Shown here piece after piece: positions 8,827-18,001 of a stretch of DNA of 36,914 nucleotides (position 1 is the stretch's first letter; every line of letters starts with the position of its first letter). Under the pieces are notes generated by a model that was given only the letters and a program-made list of their open reading frames with translations, did not search any database and was not told the DNA's origin. The translations under genes and the position numbers were made by a program. Source of the stretch: Deltaproteobacteria bacterium (lineage in GTDB: Bacteria > JAGRBM01 > JAHCIT01); NCBI GenBank assembly GCA_026129095.1, contig JAHCIT010000009.1, positions 124,001 through 160,914 of the forward strand. Reading direction: 5' to 3'.

Positions 8827-11516
8827 AAATCACCGCGATCATGCCCATCTCTCCACGTGCCGGCGCATCCACCCTGGGCGCCAATATCGCCGCCTACTGG
8901 GCGCTCGAACACCGGAATGCCGGCTTCCTCGATCTGTCCGATACGGCGGTCAACTGGCAGGGAATTCCCGAGGGGATGGATGTTCTGTCCGCCTACAGCC
9001 TGAAGAGCTATATCGATCGTGGCGACGCCGAGGGGCTTGCCGACCAGTTCGCCGGCCAGTTCCATCTGAAGAACGTCATCGTCACCCTGCCCTACGCCAA
9101 GCCCGCCTATCTATGGCCGCTGCTGCAACTGGATGCCGATCTCGTTCTGCTGGCACGGCTGGAAACCTCTTTCGCCCATTCGATGGAGGAGTTCCTCGGC
9201 ATGCTCGAAATCGCCCGGGAGGAACTGGGAGCATGTGGGCGAATCGCGGGACTGCTCCTGAAGCTGGCGACCCAGGGACCCCGGACAGACGAACTGCTGG
9301 CCGACTGCGCGAGGATATTCGGCCAGACACTGGTCTACTCACCGGTCCCGCATGTGCCCGAACTGGGCGAATCGGATCCCACGCTTCTTGCCACACGGCC
9401 ACGGATTGATCCGGTCGCACCCCTGATCCGGGATATCGCACTGAGAATCCTGGCTGTTTCAAGGGAAACCACACCCAGGCCGGACTTTCCTTCCCTCATC
9501 CGTCTTGCCAACCGGCTCGGCGGACATCTCCCCGGCTGGATCGGGCGAGCCGATGCCGAAGGACTGGAGGTTACAGAAACCCGCCGCAGCGAAGGCACCC
9601 CGAATGAAATCATCGACGAACTGGCCGGGGAGATCGAACTGCTCCAGAAGGAACTGGCCGAGGCCCGGCTGGTCCAGAAATCGCTTCAGGACCAAGTCGA
9701 TGCGTTCGAGGCATCCCAGAAAACACAACCTGCGTCCGGTCCGGATTCCAGCACCCTTGATTCATTGAAGGCAGAGATCGCCCGGCTTCAGGAAAAGCTG
9801 GCCTCTGCGGCCGATGATGCCGAACGGGTAGCCCAGGACCGGAATCTATTGCAGACCGAACTGGAGAGCCTTCAGTCCCGTTCCCTCCAGATCGACGACC
9901 TGCGAAGTGCGCTTCAGGCCCAGATCGATGCCCGTGAAGCCCGTGAGGCCGAGCTGGGCGCTCAACTGGAAGCCGCCCGCCAGGATGCCGAAAACCTGCG
10001 CGATGTGAATGACCGACTGGCCAGTGAACTCAGGGACACGCAAAACCATCTGCATGGTTTCCAGGCCGAACGGGATCATACCGAACAGCAGATCCAGAAA
10101 CTCCGCCATGAAATGGGCGAGATGCAGCAGGCAGCAGCCAGTTCACCCCCTTCCGGTGATCTGGAACGCCTCAGCGGAGAGGTGGAAGACCTCCGCACAA
10201 AACTGGCGGCCACCGAAAACCACCTGCATGGTTTCCAGGCTGAACGGGATTCCCTGGAAAACCAGCTTGTGGCTGCCCGCCGTCGTGTCAGTGAGCTTGA
10301 AAGGCCGCCGGCAATAGAAATGCCCGTCGAAATCGAGATAGAAACGGAAACCACGCCCGCCATTGAACCTGAAGCCATCGAGACCAGAGACCGGCAGATT
10401 GAACGTCTTCAGAGGCAGATCGGCGAGCTGGAAGCCCGTCTCGAAAAGGCCGAAAAGGCCCGGTCCGTGTTTGCACGGGAGCGTGCGGAACTTGTCGAGA
10501 AGCTGGAACTGTTCCGCGAGCAAAGCGCCGAGGCAGCCGCCAGCATGGACTCCATCGTCGCCAGCCAGTCGGAACTGATCGAAACGATCCAGAGCGACCG
10601 CAGCCGGGTGCAGACCGAACTGGACATCCGGGGCCACCTGTATGACAGCCTCCGGATGCAGTTGCTGCCACTTCGGCAGGCACTGGAGGCGGGAATCGCC
10701 GAACTACCTGCCGTGCGCCGCCGGGCCGAAGCTGCCGAGCAGCGTGTAACCGATCTGGATGAGCAGTGCAGGGCGCTCCGGGCCGAGCTTGAACAAGCCA
10801 GGGGGCAGGCTGACGATTCACAGATCAATGCCCTGCGCCGTGAAATTGATGCCGCCCGGACACAGCTCGGAGAAGCCGAAAGCCGGGCGGCGGAACTCGA
10901 AGCCCGGCTTCGAGACGAGTTTGGCCGCCGCGAATCGGACCTGAAGGAGAGCCGCGCCGCCCTGGAGCGTGAGATCGACCGGGTGCGCTCAGAAGGCGAA
11001 CTCGCGGCAATCCGGGCCAACACGGCGGAGAAGGCGCTGGAAACCAAGTCGAGAGAACTGGCCCATCAGCAGGCACAGGCCTCGGCCGTGCGGGAACAGC
11101 TCCAACGGCTGGAACCGGAACTGGCCTCGGCACGGGCCGAACTCGACCGGCTTCAGGTCCAGAGCCGCGAGATGGAAACCGTTCGTAACGATCTCGAACA
11201 GGCGAGAATCCAGTTATCCGCAGCGCGGACGATGACCGAGGAAGCAACAACGGCCCGGCACTCGCTCGAAAACCGTATCCGGGAGCTAGAGCGGCAGCTT
11301 GGCGACGCGCAGGGTCCGGACGGCCAGCGCACCAGCCGCTATGAGTCCCTGCTCCGGGAACTGGCCGACGCCCGGGAGGAGCTTGCCACGCTGAAATCCC
11401 GTCTCTCCCGTGCTTCCATGGCAGAAAAGTTTGCCACTGAACGGGCCGCCCGGATCATCGAACTGGAAGCCGAACTCGAAACGCTCCGGCAGAAACTCGA
11501 ACCACCGGCCAGTTGA
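8823..11516 (+). CDS. Degenerate ParA/MinD-like N-terminal domain fused to a ~630-aa coiled coil
   Basis: The N-terminus KITAIMPISPRAGASTLGANIA...GFLDL follows the ParA beta1/P-loop layout but lacks both lysines. From about residue 260 on it is an E/L/R/Q/A-rich heptad sequence. Confidence 0.75.
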   Translation: MKITAIMPISPRAGASTLGANIAAYWALEHRNAGFLDLSDTAVNWQGIPEGMDVLSAYSLKSYIDRGDAEGLADQFAGQFHLKNVIVTLPYAKPAYLWPLLQLDADLVLLARLETSFAHSMEEFLGMLEIAREELGACGRIAGLLLKLATQGPRTDELLADCARIFGQTLVYSPVPHVPELGESDPTLLATRPRIDPVAPLIRDIALRILAVSRETTPRPDFPSLIRLANRLGGHLPGWIGRADAEGLEVTETRRSEGTPNEIIDELAGEIELLQKELAEARLVQKSLQDQVDAFEASQKTQPASGPDSSTLDSLKAEIARLQEKLASAADDAERVAQDRNLLQTELESLQSRSLQIDDLRSALQAQIDAREAREAELGAQLEAARQDAENLRDVNDRLASELRDTQNHLHGFQAERDHTEQQIQKLRHEMGEMQQAAASSPPSGDLERLSGEVEDLRTKLAATENHLHGFQAERDSLENQLVAARRRVSELERPPAIEMPVEIEIETETTPAIEPEAIETRDRQIERLQRQIGELEARLEKAEKARSVFARERAELVEKLELFREQSAEAAASMDSIVASQSELIETIQSDRSRVQTELDIRGHLYDSLRMQLLPLRQALEAGIAELPAVRRRAEAAEQRVTDLDEQCRALRAELEQARGQADDSQINALRREIDAARTQLGEAESRAAELEARLRDEFGRRESDLKESRAALEREIDRVRSEGELAAIRANTAEKALETKSRELAHQQAQASAVREQLQRLEPELASARAELDRLQVQSREMETVRNDLEQARIQLSAARTMTEEATTARHSLENRIRELERQLGDAQGPDGQRTSRYESLLRELADAREELATLKSRLSRASMAEKFATERAARIIELEAELETLRQKLEPPAS
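10042..10250 (+). repeat. 35-bp intragenic direct repeat (10042-10076 and 10216-10250), 33/35 identical
   Basis: aaaaccaYctgcatggtttccaggcYgaacgggat occurs twice, 174 bp (58 codons) apart, encoding NHLHGFQAERD each time. Confidence 0.9.
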
Positions 11517-11529
11517 TTCCGAAATAACC

Positions 11530-12120
11530 CTATTCCGCCGCAGCGGCCTGCTCGTATTCGACCATGAATGCCGTGTCGTCGTCGCTCAGCTTGGCGTTCT
11601 GGGCCTTGCGGACCTCAAGGTATTTGTACTTGAGGTCGCGGTTATCAGTCTCCATCGTCAATGCCAGCTTGAAGTTCAGCTCCGCCGAAGTGAGGTTTTT
11701 CTGCGACAGGGCGGTAAAGGCCAGTTTCGCGTAGCGCTTGGCATTGGGATTCTTGCAGATGTCCTCATCCTTGACGGCCCGCTGCTTCGCCTGTTCCTCC
11801 TCATAGGAATAGCGCAGGTATTTCATCCGGTCCGGGCCCTGGATGCGCTTGTCATAAACGGGCTTGACGGCGGGATCGGTCAGCACCTGATGGGCCTCGA
11901 CCATCCGCTTGTACACCTGCGTGACCATGCGGTAGATGTCATCGGGAACCTGCCGGAAATACCGGTCCGGGTGCCAGTTTTTCGACTCCCGGCGGAATGC
12001 CTCCTTTACCTGTGCCGGTTCCGCGCCGAGCGGCAACCGGAGCAACTGGTAGTAGTCTCCCTTGTTGATTCCATTGAAATAGCGCTGAATCAGCTTGATC
12101 TGGTTATCATCGACCGGCAT
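11530..12120 (-). CDS. Class C J-domain protein with a short TPR-like C-terminus
   Basis: DYYQLLRL...VKEAFRRESKNWHPDRY...EAHQVLTDP..YD. No G/F region or Zn finger. Confidence 0.9.
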   Translation of the reverse strand: MPVDDNQIKLIQRYFNGINKGDYYQLLRLPLGAEPAQVKEAFRRESKNWHPDRYFRQVPDDIYRMVTQVYKRMVEAHQVLTDPAVKPVYDKRIQGPDRMKYLRYSYEEEQAKQRAVKDEDICKNPNAKRYAKLAFTALSQKNLTSAELNFKLALTMETDNRDLKYKYLEVRKAQNAKLSDDDTAFMVEYEQAAAAE

Positions 12121-12171
12121 AGGCGGACGATCCTGCCTCCCTGCAACATCGTGAACGTGGCGGAACGAAAA

Positions 12172-13728
12172 CTACTGGACGGCCTGACTCGACTGGCGGG
12201 CGGCCTCGACCGCTTCCTGTCCCATGGCACCATAGGCCGTAATCGAGATCGACTGTGACTGCCCGGTATCCTTGTCAATGGCCGTCACGTGGACGATTCC
12301 GTCAGTATCGATCTCGAAATTCACCGCGATCCTGGGCTCTCCTCGTGGAGCGGCCCGGATGCCCGTCAGGGTGAACTCGCCCAGTATCTCGTTCTCACCC
12401 TGCTTCTTGGACTCGCCCTGGAATACCGATATCTTCACCTGCGACTGGTTGTCGGAAGTCGTCGTGAACTCCTTGTTGATCTCAATAGGCAGGGGTGAGT
12501 TTTTCTCGATCAGGTGCTGGACCATCCCGCCAATGACTCCGATGCCCAGCGTCATCGGGGTCACATCGATGAGCAGCGCCTTCTGCGTGCCTTCGGCGAG
12601 TGCTGCACCCTGAATGGCCGCTCCGAGCGCCACGATTTCGTCGGGATCAATGCTCATCTGCGGCGTCTTGAAGAAGTATTTCTCCACGGACGAACGGATA
12701 ATCGGCATCCGCGTCGATCCGCCGACCAGGATCACGCTGTCCACGTCATGTATGGTCATCCGGGCGTTCTGGAGCGCCTCGTCACAGACCTTGAATGTCC
12801 GTTGCACCAGGTCCATGCACATCTGCTGGAAATGGTTCCGGGTCAGCACCGCATTCAGGTCAAGCGGCCCTTTCGGACCCTGGACGAAGTTGGGGACCGA
12901 TATCTTCACTTCGGTCTTCTCGGTAAGGGCCCATTTCACCCGCTCGGAGAGGGTCTTCAGCTTCTGAAGAGCGTCGAGATTCTGCTTGCAGTCGTAGCCG
13001 GTGGCTTTGAGGAACTCGTCCGAGAGGAAGCTCATGATCCGGTCGTCGAAGTCGTCGCCGCCCAGATAGGTATCTCCGGCCGTAGAAATCACCTCATAGA
13101 CGTCATTACCGATATCAAGGATCGAGATATCGAATGTGCCGCCACCGAGGTCGTAAATGGCCACCCGCTGGTTGAGCCCCTTGCCGAAACCGTAAGCGAG
13201 CGCGGCGGCCGTTGGCTCATTGATGACCCGAAGGACATCGAGACCGGCAACCCGGCCTGCGTCGATGGTTGCCTGCCGCTGGCCGTCGTTGAAAAAGGCC
13301 GGGCAGGTGATGACCACCTTGTCAACCTCCTCGCCCAGCGCCTGCTCGGCGATCTGCTTCATCTTCTTGAGCACCAGCGCGCTGATTTCCGGCAGGGCGT
13401 AATCCTTGCCGTAGATCTGGATGCGGACCTCGGCGTTGGGGCCTTCGACGATCTTGTAGGCGACGTGATGCTTTGCCTTCTTCACCTCTTCGGAGAAGAA
13501 CTTCCGGCCGATAAGCCTCTTGGCCGAATAGACCGTGTGACCGGGATCGGTGATGATCCGCTTCTTGGCGTCAGCCCCCACCAGGACCCTGCCATCCGGC
13601 AGAAAGGAAACGACCGATGGCTGGGTGTTTGCGCCCTCGCTGTCCCTGAGCACCTCGACGCTGCCGTCGGTAACCGTCGCCACGCAGCTGTATGAGGTTC
13701 CGAGATCAATTCCGACAACGCGGCCCAT
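12172..13728 (-). CDS. Hsp70/DnaK paralogue lacking most of the alpha-helical lid
   Basis: GIDLGT, INEPTAAALAYG, YDLGGGTFDISIL, LGGDDFD, LVGGSTRMP, FEIDTDGIV. It ends ~25 aa after SBD-beta. GGAG SD precedes ATG 13728. Confidence 0.92.
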   Translation of the reverse strand: MGRVVGIDLGTSYSCVATVTDGSVEVLRDSEGANTQPSVVSFLPDGRVLVGADAKKRIITDPGHTVYSAKRLIGRKFFSEEVKKAKHHVAYKIVEGPNAEVRIQIYGKDYALPEISALVLKKMKQIAEQALGEEVDKVVITCPAFFNDGQRQATIDAGRVAGLDVLRVINEPTAAALAYGFGKGLNQRVAIYDLGGGTFDISILDIGNDVYEVISTAGDTYLGGDDFDDRIMSFLSDEFLKATGYDCKQNLDALQKLKTLSERVKWALTEKTEVKISVPNFVQGPKGPLDLNAVLTRNHFQQMCMDLVQRTFKVCDEALQNARMTIHDVDSVILVGGSTRMPIIRSSVEKYFFKTPQMSIDPDEIVALGAAIQGAALAEGTQKALLIDVTPMTLGIGVIGGMVQHLIEKNSPLPIEINKEFTTTSDNQSQVKISVFQGESKKQGENEILGEFTLTGIRAAPRGEPRIAVNFEIDTDGIVHVTAIDKDTGQSQSISITAYGAMGQEAVEAARQSSQAVQ

Positions 13729-13839
13729 GTTCAGCAACTCCCGTCAGTGGGCGACAGTGTAGCTCGCCAAAAACGAAAATAAACAACCCGGAATTCCGGC
13801 TTGAGCCGAACGTGACGCCGGTCACTGGCTCGTGCCGGT

Positions 13840-15405
13840 TCAATCCTGCTCGAGAATCACGAATTCGACGCGCCGGTTGGTCTCCCGGCCCTCAGGAGTC
13901 GAATTGTCCGCGATGGGTATCGCCTCACCGAACCCGACTGCAACCAGACGGGAAGCTTCAACACCAGCCTGGACCAGGAACTTGACAACTTCGTTCGCCC
14001 TGCGCTCGGAAATCCGCTGGTTTTCGATCGCCCCGCCCACATCGTCCGTGTGGCCTTCAACCTGGACCTTCCGAATCCTCGGACTGGCCTTTATCGTCTG
14101 GGCGACCTGGGTCAGAACGGGGTATGAGGACTGCTCAATCGTCGTCTGGCCCATCCGGAAACGTATCTTTTCATCAATGACAATCTGGTCGTCTTCTATG
14201 CGGACAGCCGGTTTATCCACTGCGAGTGGCTGGAGAACGATTTCCACCTGGGATGTCTGGCCTTCGGCCAGCCGGACCGGCAGTTCATGCCGCTGGTAAC
14301 CTTCCGCCGTGCCGATAACCACGTATGAGCCGGGCGCGAGCTTCCGTTCAAAGCTGCCCGTATTCCGGTCTGCCACGATCGCCCCGGCCGGGTCGGGCGG
14401 ATCGAATACGATAATGGCGCCGCCGATCGGCCCCCCGTCCGGATTGCGGACCCGTCCACGCAGAACCGTCGGCAGCACCGGCGGCGCATCCTTTTTCAGC
14501 GGGTTGAGCCGGATCTCAATCTGCTGCACCCGGTTTGACATGATCTCGATCGTTTCCGACCTGGCCTCATACCCCTCGGCGGAGGCGACCCACTGGGCCT
14601 GGCCTGGATCGAGTTCGGGCGAGGCAAAGGTATTCTCGACCGGATCGAACTCGAAGGCCTGATCAACCGGCTTGCGGAGACGGACTTTTGCATCCGCCAC
14701 CGGCTGGCCGGATTTGGCATCCAGCACCCGGGCAGTGAACGAGCCCCGAAGCGGAGCGATGTGCTGGCCGCAAACGGCATTCGGATTGACCTGCCGCGCC
14801 GATATCTTCGCGGCCATCGGTTCGATCATTTCCCGCACCGCCAGTTGTGCCACCCGCGAGAGGGGATCCCGCTGGCTGGTGAAAATGGCAAACGACGTCC
14901 GGCTCATGGAGTTCGACCAGACAATCTCCCCGCTGGTCACGTCGAGCATCCGGACGTTCAGCCCGACTGTCGGTTCGTCACCCTGCAGCAGGTGGCCCGA
15001 GAAGTCCGTGCCTGTTGTATTCGGATACCAGTATTCCGACACCGAACCGTAGATGACTCCATCCACATTCAGGCGTTCGCCCAGCATCCGGGCGAACTCG
15101 GCATTCATCCGTGATGGCAGAGGGAGATTCACCGCATTCGCCTGCCGGATGACTTCCGTCCGCTCCATCACCCTGAACAGCCCCGTCGAATACAGGTCAG
15201 TCGCGATGAAATCCGCCACCACCAGACCGGCATTGGGATAAGTCGTCAGGTTGTCCAGCGGGAAAACGGCCACGCACTGCACCGGTTCCAGAGCCGCCGG
15301 CGACCGGACCCATTCACGCATGAACCGGTTTCCGCAGGCCGGCAGCAGGATCGCGGCGGCAAGAACGATCGCGACAGGCTGCCAGCGGACAGGAAGAGCG
15401 CTCAT
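13840..15405 (-). CDS. Lipoprotein: PelC/CsgG-like domain + two carboxypeptidase-regulatory-like beta domains + C-terminal OmpA peptidoglycan-binding domain
   Basis: Lipobox LPAC; VFPLDNLT.YPNAG, GSVSEYWY, EPTVGLNVRMLD..SGEIVWS; two SAEGYE/TAEGYQ domains; OmpA motifs VEGHTDD, SERRANEV and NRRVEF. Confidence 0.85.
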   Translation of the reverse strand: MSALPVRWQPVAIVLAAAILLPACGNRFMREWVRSPAALEPVQCVAVFPLDNLTTYPNAGLVVADFIATDLYSTGLFRVMERTEVIRQANAVNLPLPSRMNAEFARMLGERLNVDGVIYGSVSEYWYPNTTGTDFSGHLLQGDEPTVGLNVRMLDVTSGEIVWSNSMSRTSFAIFTSQRDPLSRVAQLAVREMIEPMAAKISARQVNPNAVCGQHIAPLRGSFTARVLDAKSGQPVADAKVRLRKPVDQAFEFDPVENTFASPELDPGQAQWVASAEGYEARSETIEIMSNRVQQIEIRLNPLKKDAPPVLPTVLRGRVRNPDGGPIGGAIIVFDPPDPAGAIVADRNTGSFERKLAPGSYVVIGTAEGYQRHELPVRLAEGQTSQVEIVLQPLAVDKPAVRIEDDQIVIDEKIRFRMGQTTIEQSSYPVLTQVAQTIKASPRIRKVQVEGHTDDVGGAIENQRISERRANEVVKFLVQAGVEASRLVAVGFGEAIPIADNSTPEGRETNRRVEFVILEQD

Positions 15406-16004
15406 TGGTGCCCTCCTATCCCCGCAACCAGGCGCCGTGCCATCTGGCTGGCGATCTTCTGCGCGATCCGGTTCACCGGATCGCGCTCGGTCGAGAACAT
15501 GTCATAGCTCGACATGGACATCGTGGTCGCCCAGATCACCGCCCCCGAGCGGACGTTGACCATCCGGACCGAGACAGCCACCGCAGGCTCTCGCGGCGCC
15601 TGCCGGCTCTTGTCCAGGCGGTAGTTGAACTCGTTGATAGACCCGATCACCAGCGCGTCGGCCTGGATTTTCCTGCCCAGTTCGGCCGCAAAACTGCGAT
15701 CCAGCAGCGGCGGCCACGGGAGCTGAGCCTCAGCCCCCAGCCTTACCGTCGTTTCGCGCTCGATCACCTTGTAACGTCCGAGCGCGATCAGTTCCGCGCC
15801 AACGATGTCGGCGACAACCTCGCCCGCGTTGGGGAAGTCCGTCAGGTTCTCAAATGGCGCGATGGCGATGACCGCTATGGGCTCGAACTGGTCGGGACTG
15901 GCCACATAGTGGCGGGCAAACTGGTTCCCGCACCCGGCGCAGAGAACGGCCAGCACAAACGCAACCATATTCCGTTTTGAAATTGTCCTGAAAAATACTG
16001 GCAT
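15402..16004 (-). CDS. Lipoprotein with a PelC/CsgG/DUF799-like fold
   Basis: Lipobox CAGC; APFENLTDFPNAG, GSINEFNY, EPAVAVSVRMVNVRSGAVIWA. ATGA overlap with the downstream paralogue. Confidence 0.75.
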   Translation of the reverse strand: MPVFFRTISKRNMVAFVLAVLCAGCGNQFARHYVASPDQFEPIAVIAIAPFENLTDFPNAGEVVADIVGAELIALGRYKVIERETTVRLGAEAQLPWPPLLDRSFAAELGRKIQADALVIGSINEFNYRLDKSRQAPREPAVAVSVRMVNVRSGAVIWATTMSMSSYDMFSTERDPVNRIAQKIASQMARRLVAGIGGHQ

Positions 16005-16147
16005 CAACGGCGATTCAACTCCCTGAAATCCCCAGCCCCCTGCATCAAAACGAGTCTGTCCACCTCAACATTGCTGCGCTTTTGCACAATTCCTGCCATT
16101 ACCGCATCTTCCATGGCCCCGGGTCCGCCCCTTACGGACCCCGGCCA

Positions 16148-16576
16148 TCAGTTCTTCTGACTTGGCAGGACGACAATGGCCGAACCCTTTACCGTCACAT
16201 TCCCCCGCTGAGTCGCGGTTTCAAACTCGCACTCAACCTCGCGGGTCTGTGCATTGACATTTTTCACGGTACCCTTGCAGGTGACCGTATCGCCCAGATC
16301 GGTCGGCGAGGTAAACCGCACGTCGATCACCTTGACGTGCGCCCTGGGGCCGGCCCAGTTCCTCACGTAGCGGCCCAGAAAACCCATCGACAGCATGCCG
16401 TGCGCGATACACCCTTTCAGGCCCGCCTTATGCGCGAAATCCTCATCGTAGTGAAGAGGATTGAAGTCCAGACTGGACCCGGCGTACTTGACCAGCTGAA
16501 CACGTGTAATCGGATCGGTTGTGAGCGGCGGCATCGAATCACCAGCCTTGATGTTCTCGATGAAAACCTGTCCCAT
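16148..16576 (-). CDS. MaoC-family (hot-dog fold) dehydratase
   Basis: Hydratase motif YAGSSLDFNPLHYD..FA...G..IAHGML. Confidence 0.92.
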   Translation of the reverse strand: MGQVFIENIKAGDSMPPLTTDPITRVQLVKYAGSSLDFNPLHYDEDFAHKAGLKGCIAHGMLSMGFLGRYVRNWAGPRAHVKVIDVRFTSPTDLGDTVTCKGTVKNVNAQTREVECEFETATQRGNVTVKGSAIVVLPSQKN

Positions 16577-16822
16577 GAATTTCTACCTGCTTCACGCCAG
16601 AGTTTGCTGCAGCAAGACCCCAAGAATGGGTCGCTGCGGCATCAAGCCCATTATTGCCTAATTTCACTCCAACATGGCAAGCGGTTTCTGGATGAATTCT
16701 TAAATGATTACCATGTGTTACCCGTGACCCCTCGCACAGTTCTGAACGACACGGCTTATTAAGCGGCCAATCTGTATCCAACTGGCACATATGCGCCAGA
16801 AAATCCCGATCCGGCGCACTGG

Positions 16823-18001
16823 CTAACTCTTCAAAAGATCGGCCACGCGATTAAGCCCGTGCAGGTCGGAGATGTCGGAATCAAGCTCCTCGACCCAGTG
16901 AAGGAACCGACCGGAAGGCAGCCGGCGGCGGACCAGATCGACATTGCGGCGGTCGTTGGCAAGCTGAATCTGGTGGAGCGCAAGATTCCGGGCAAGATGC
17001 GACATCACCGGGCGCAGGTCGCTCCCCGCCCCCAGCTGTCTCATAAGTTCCGGAACGAGCGTTTCGTCCACCCGGTCCAGTTCAGCCACCCGGCCGGGCA
17101 GATATCCTTCGGGAAGTTCTCCAACGAAATCCTTGCGGGTACGGTTGACAATAACACCGCTGGTATCGATTCCCATGCGGCGGAGCGTATCGACAAGGAA
17201 AAGAGCCTCCTCCACCGTGATCAGGTTCGTGCTCGTCACCACGAAAAACCCGCACTCGGAGGACCGGAACGCCCGTGACACCTGGTCTGAACGCTCGCCG
17301 AAGCCGCCCATCAGGTTGCTGAATGCGAGAAAGAACTCCGCCGCATCGCGGATGGCATGTTCACCTGTGACAAGCGCAGCCGTTCGAAAAAACAACCCCT
17401 TGCCCAGCTTGGCAAGCGAGAACCCGCTCCGGCCCGACGCCCGCATGGCTTCCACCATCAGCTTGATCATCGGATTGTCTTCCAGGATGCCGTGCCAGCG
17501 TTCCGGAGCGGTCACGAAATCAATGGCGTGCTTGGCCGGCGGCGTGTCAATGATCACGAGATCGTAGTCGCGCTCGTGGTACAGTTCATGGAACTTTTCC
17601 ATCGCCATGTAGTCTGGCGATCCCGACAGGGCGCTCGAACCGTGCACGTAGGCCGAGTTGGCAAAAATGGTCCGTGCGACGTCCTCGCTAGGAGACCGGC
17701 GCCGGATGAGATCGTCAAAGGTTTTCTTCGGGTTCAGCATCATGGCGTAGAGTTCGCCACGCACCTCGCAGCCCAGTATTCCTGCCGCGTCCACACGGCA
17801 CTCGGCATTGTCATCAAGCACGACACCCAGTGCACTCGCCAGCCGCCGGGCCGGATCGACCGTCATGACAATGACCTTGCGCCCCTCGCGGGCCGCGAGC
17901 AGCGCCAGCGCGGCGCTCGTCGTCGTCTTTCCGACGCCGCCGGAACCGCAGACAATAATGGCCTTCTTCGAGCGGACCGCCTCCAGTACCGAACCACTCA
18001 T
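16823..18001 (-). CDS. ArsA/Get3-family ATPase (second of a tandem pair)
   Basis: GSGGVGKTT, TVDPARRLA, DLVIIDTPP. Confidence 0.9.
   Translation of the reverse strand: MSGSVLEAVRSKKAIIVCGSGGVGKTTTSAALALLAAREGRKVIVMTVDPARRLASALGVVLDDNAECRVDAAGILGCEVRGELYAMMLNPKKTFDDLIRRRSPSEDVARTIFANSAYVHGSSALSGSPDYMAMEKFHELYHERDYDLVIIDTPPAKHAIDFVTAPERWHGILEDNPMIKLMVEAMRASGRSGFSLAKLGKGLFFRTAALVTGEHAIRDAAEFFLAFSNLMGGFGERSDQVSRAFRSSECGFFVVTSTNLITVEEALFLVDTLRRMGIDTSGVIVNRTRKDFVGELPEGYLPGRVAELDRVDETLVPELMRQLGAGSDLRPVMSHLARNLALHQIQLANDRRNVDLVRRRLPSGRFLHWVEELDSDISDLHGLNRVADLLKS

Noticed and set aside
8823-11516. SMC / Wadjet JetC-like protein
   Set aside because: No intact Walker A, no C-terminal signature/Walker B head, no hinge, and no jet or scp partner genes.
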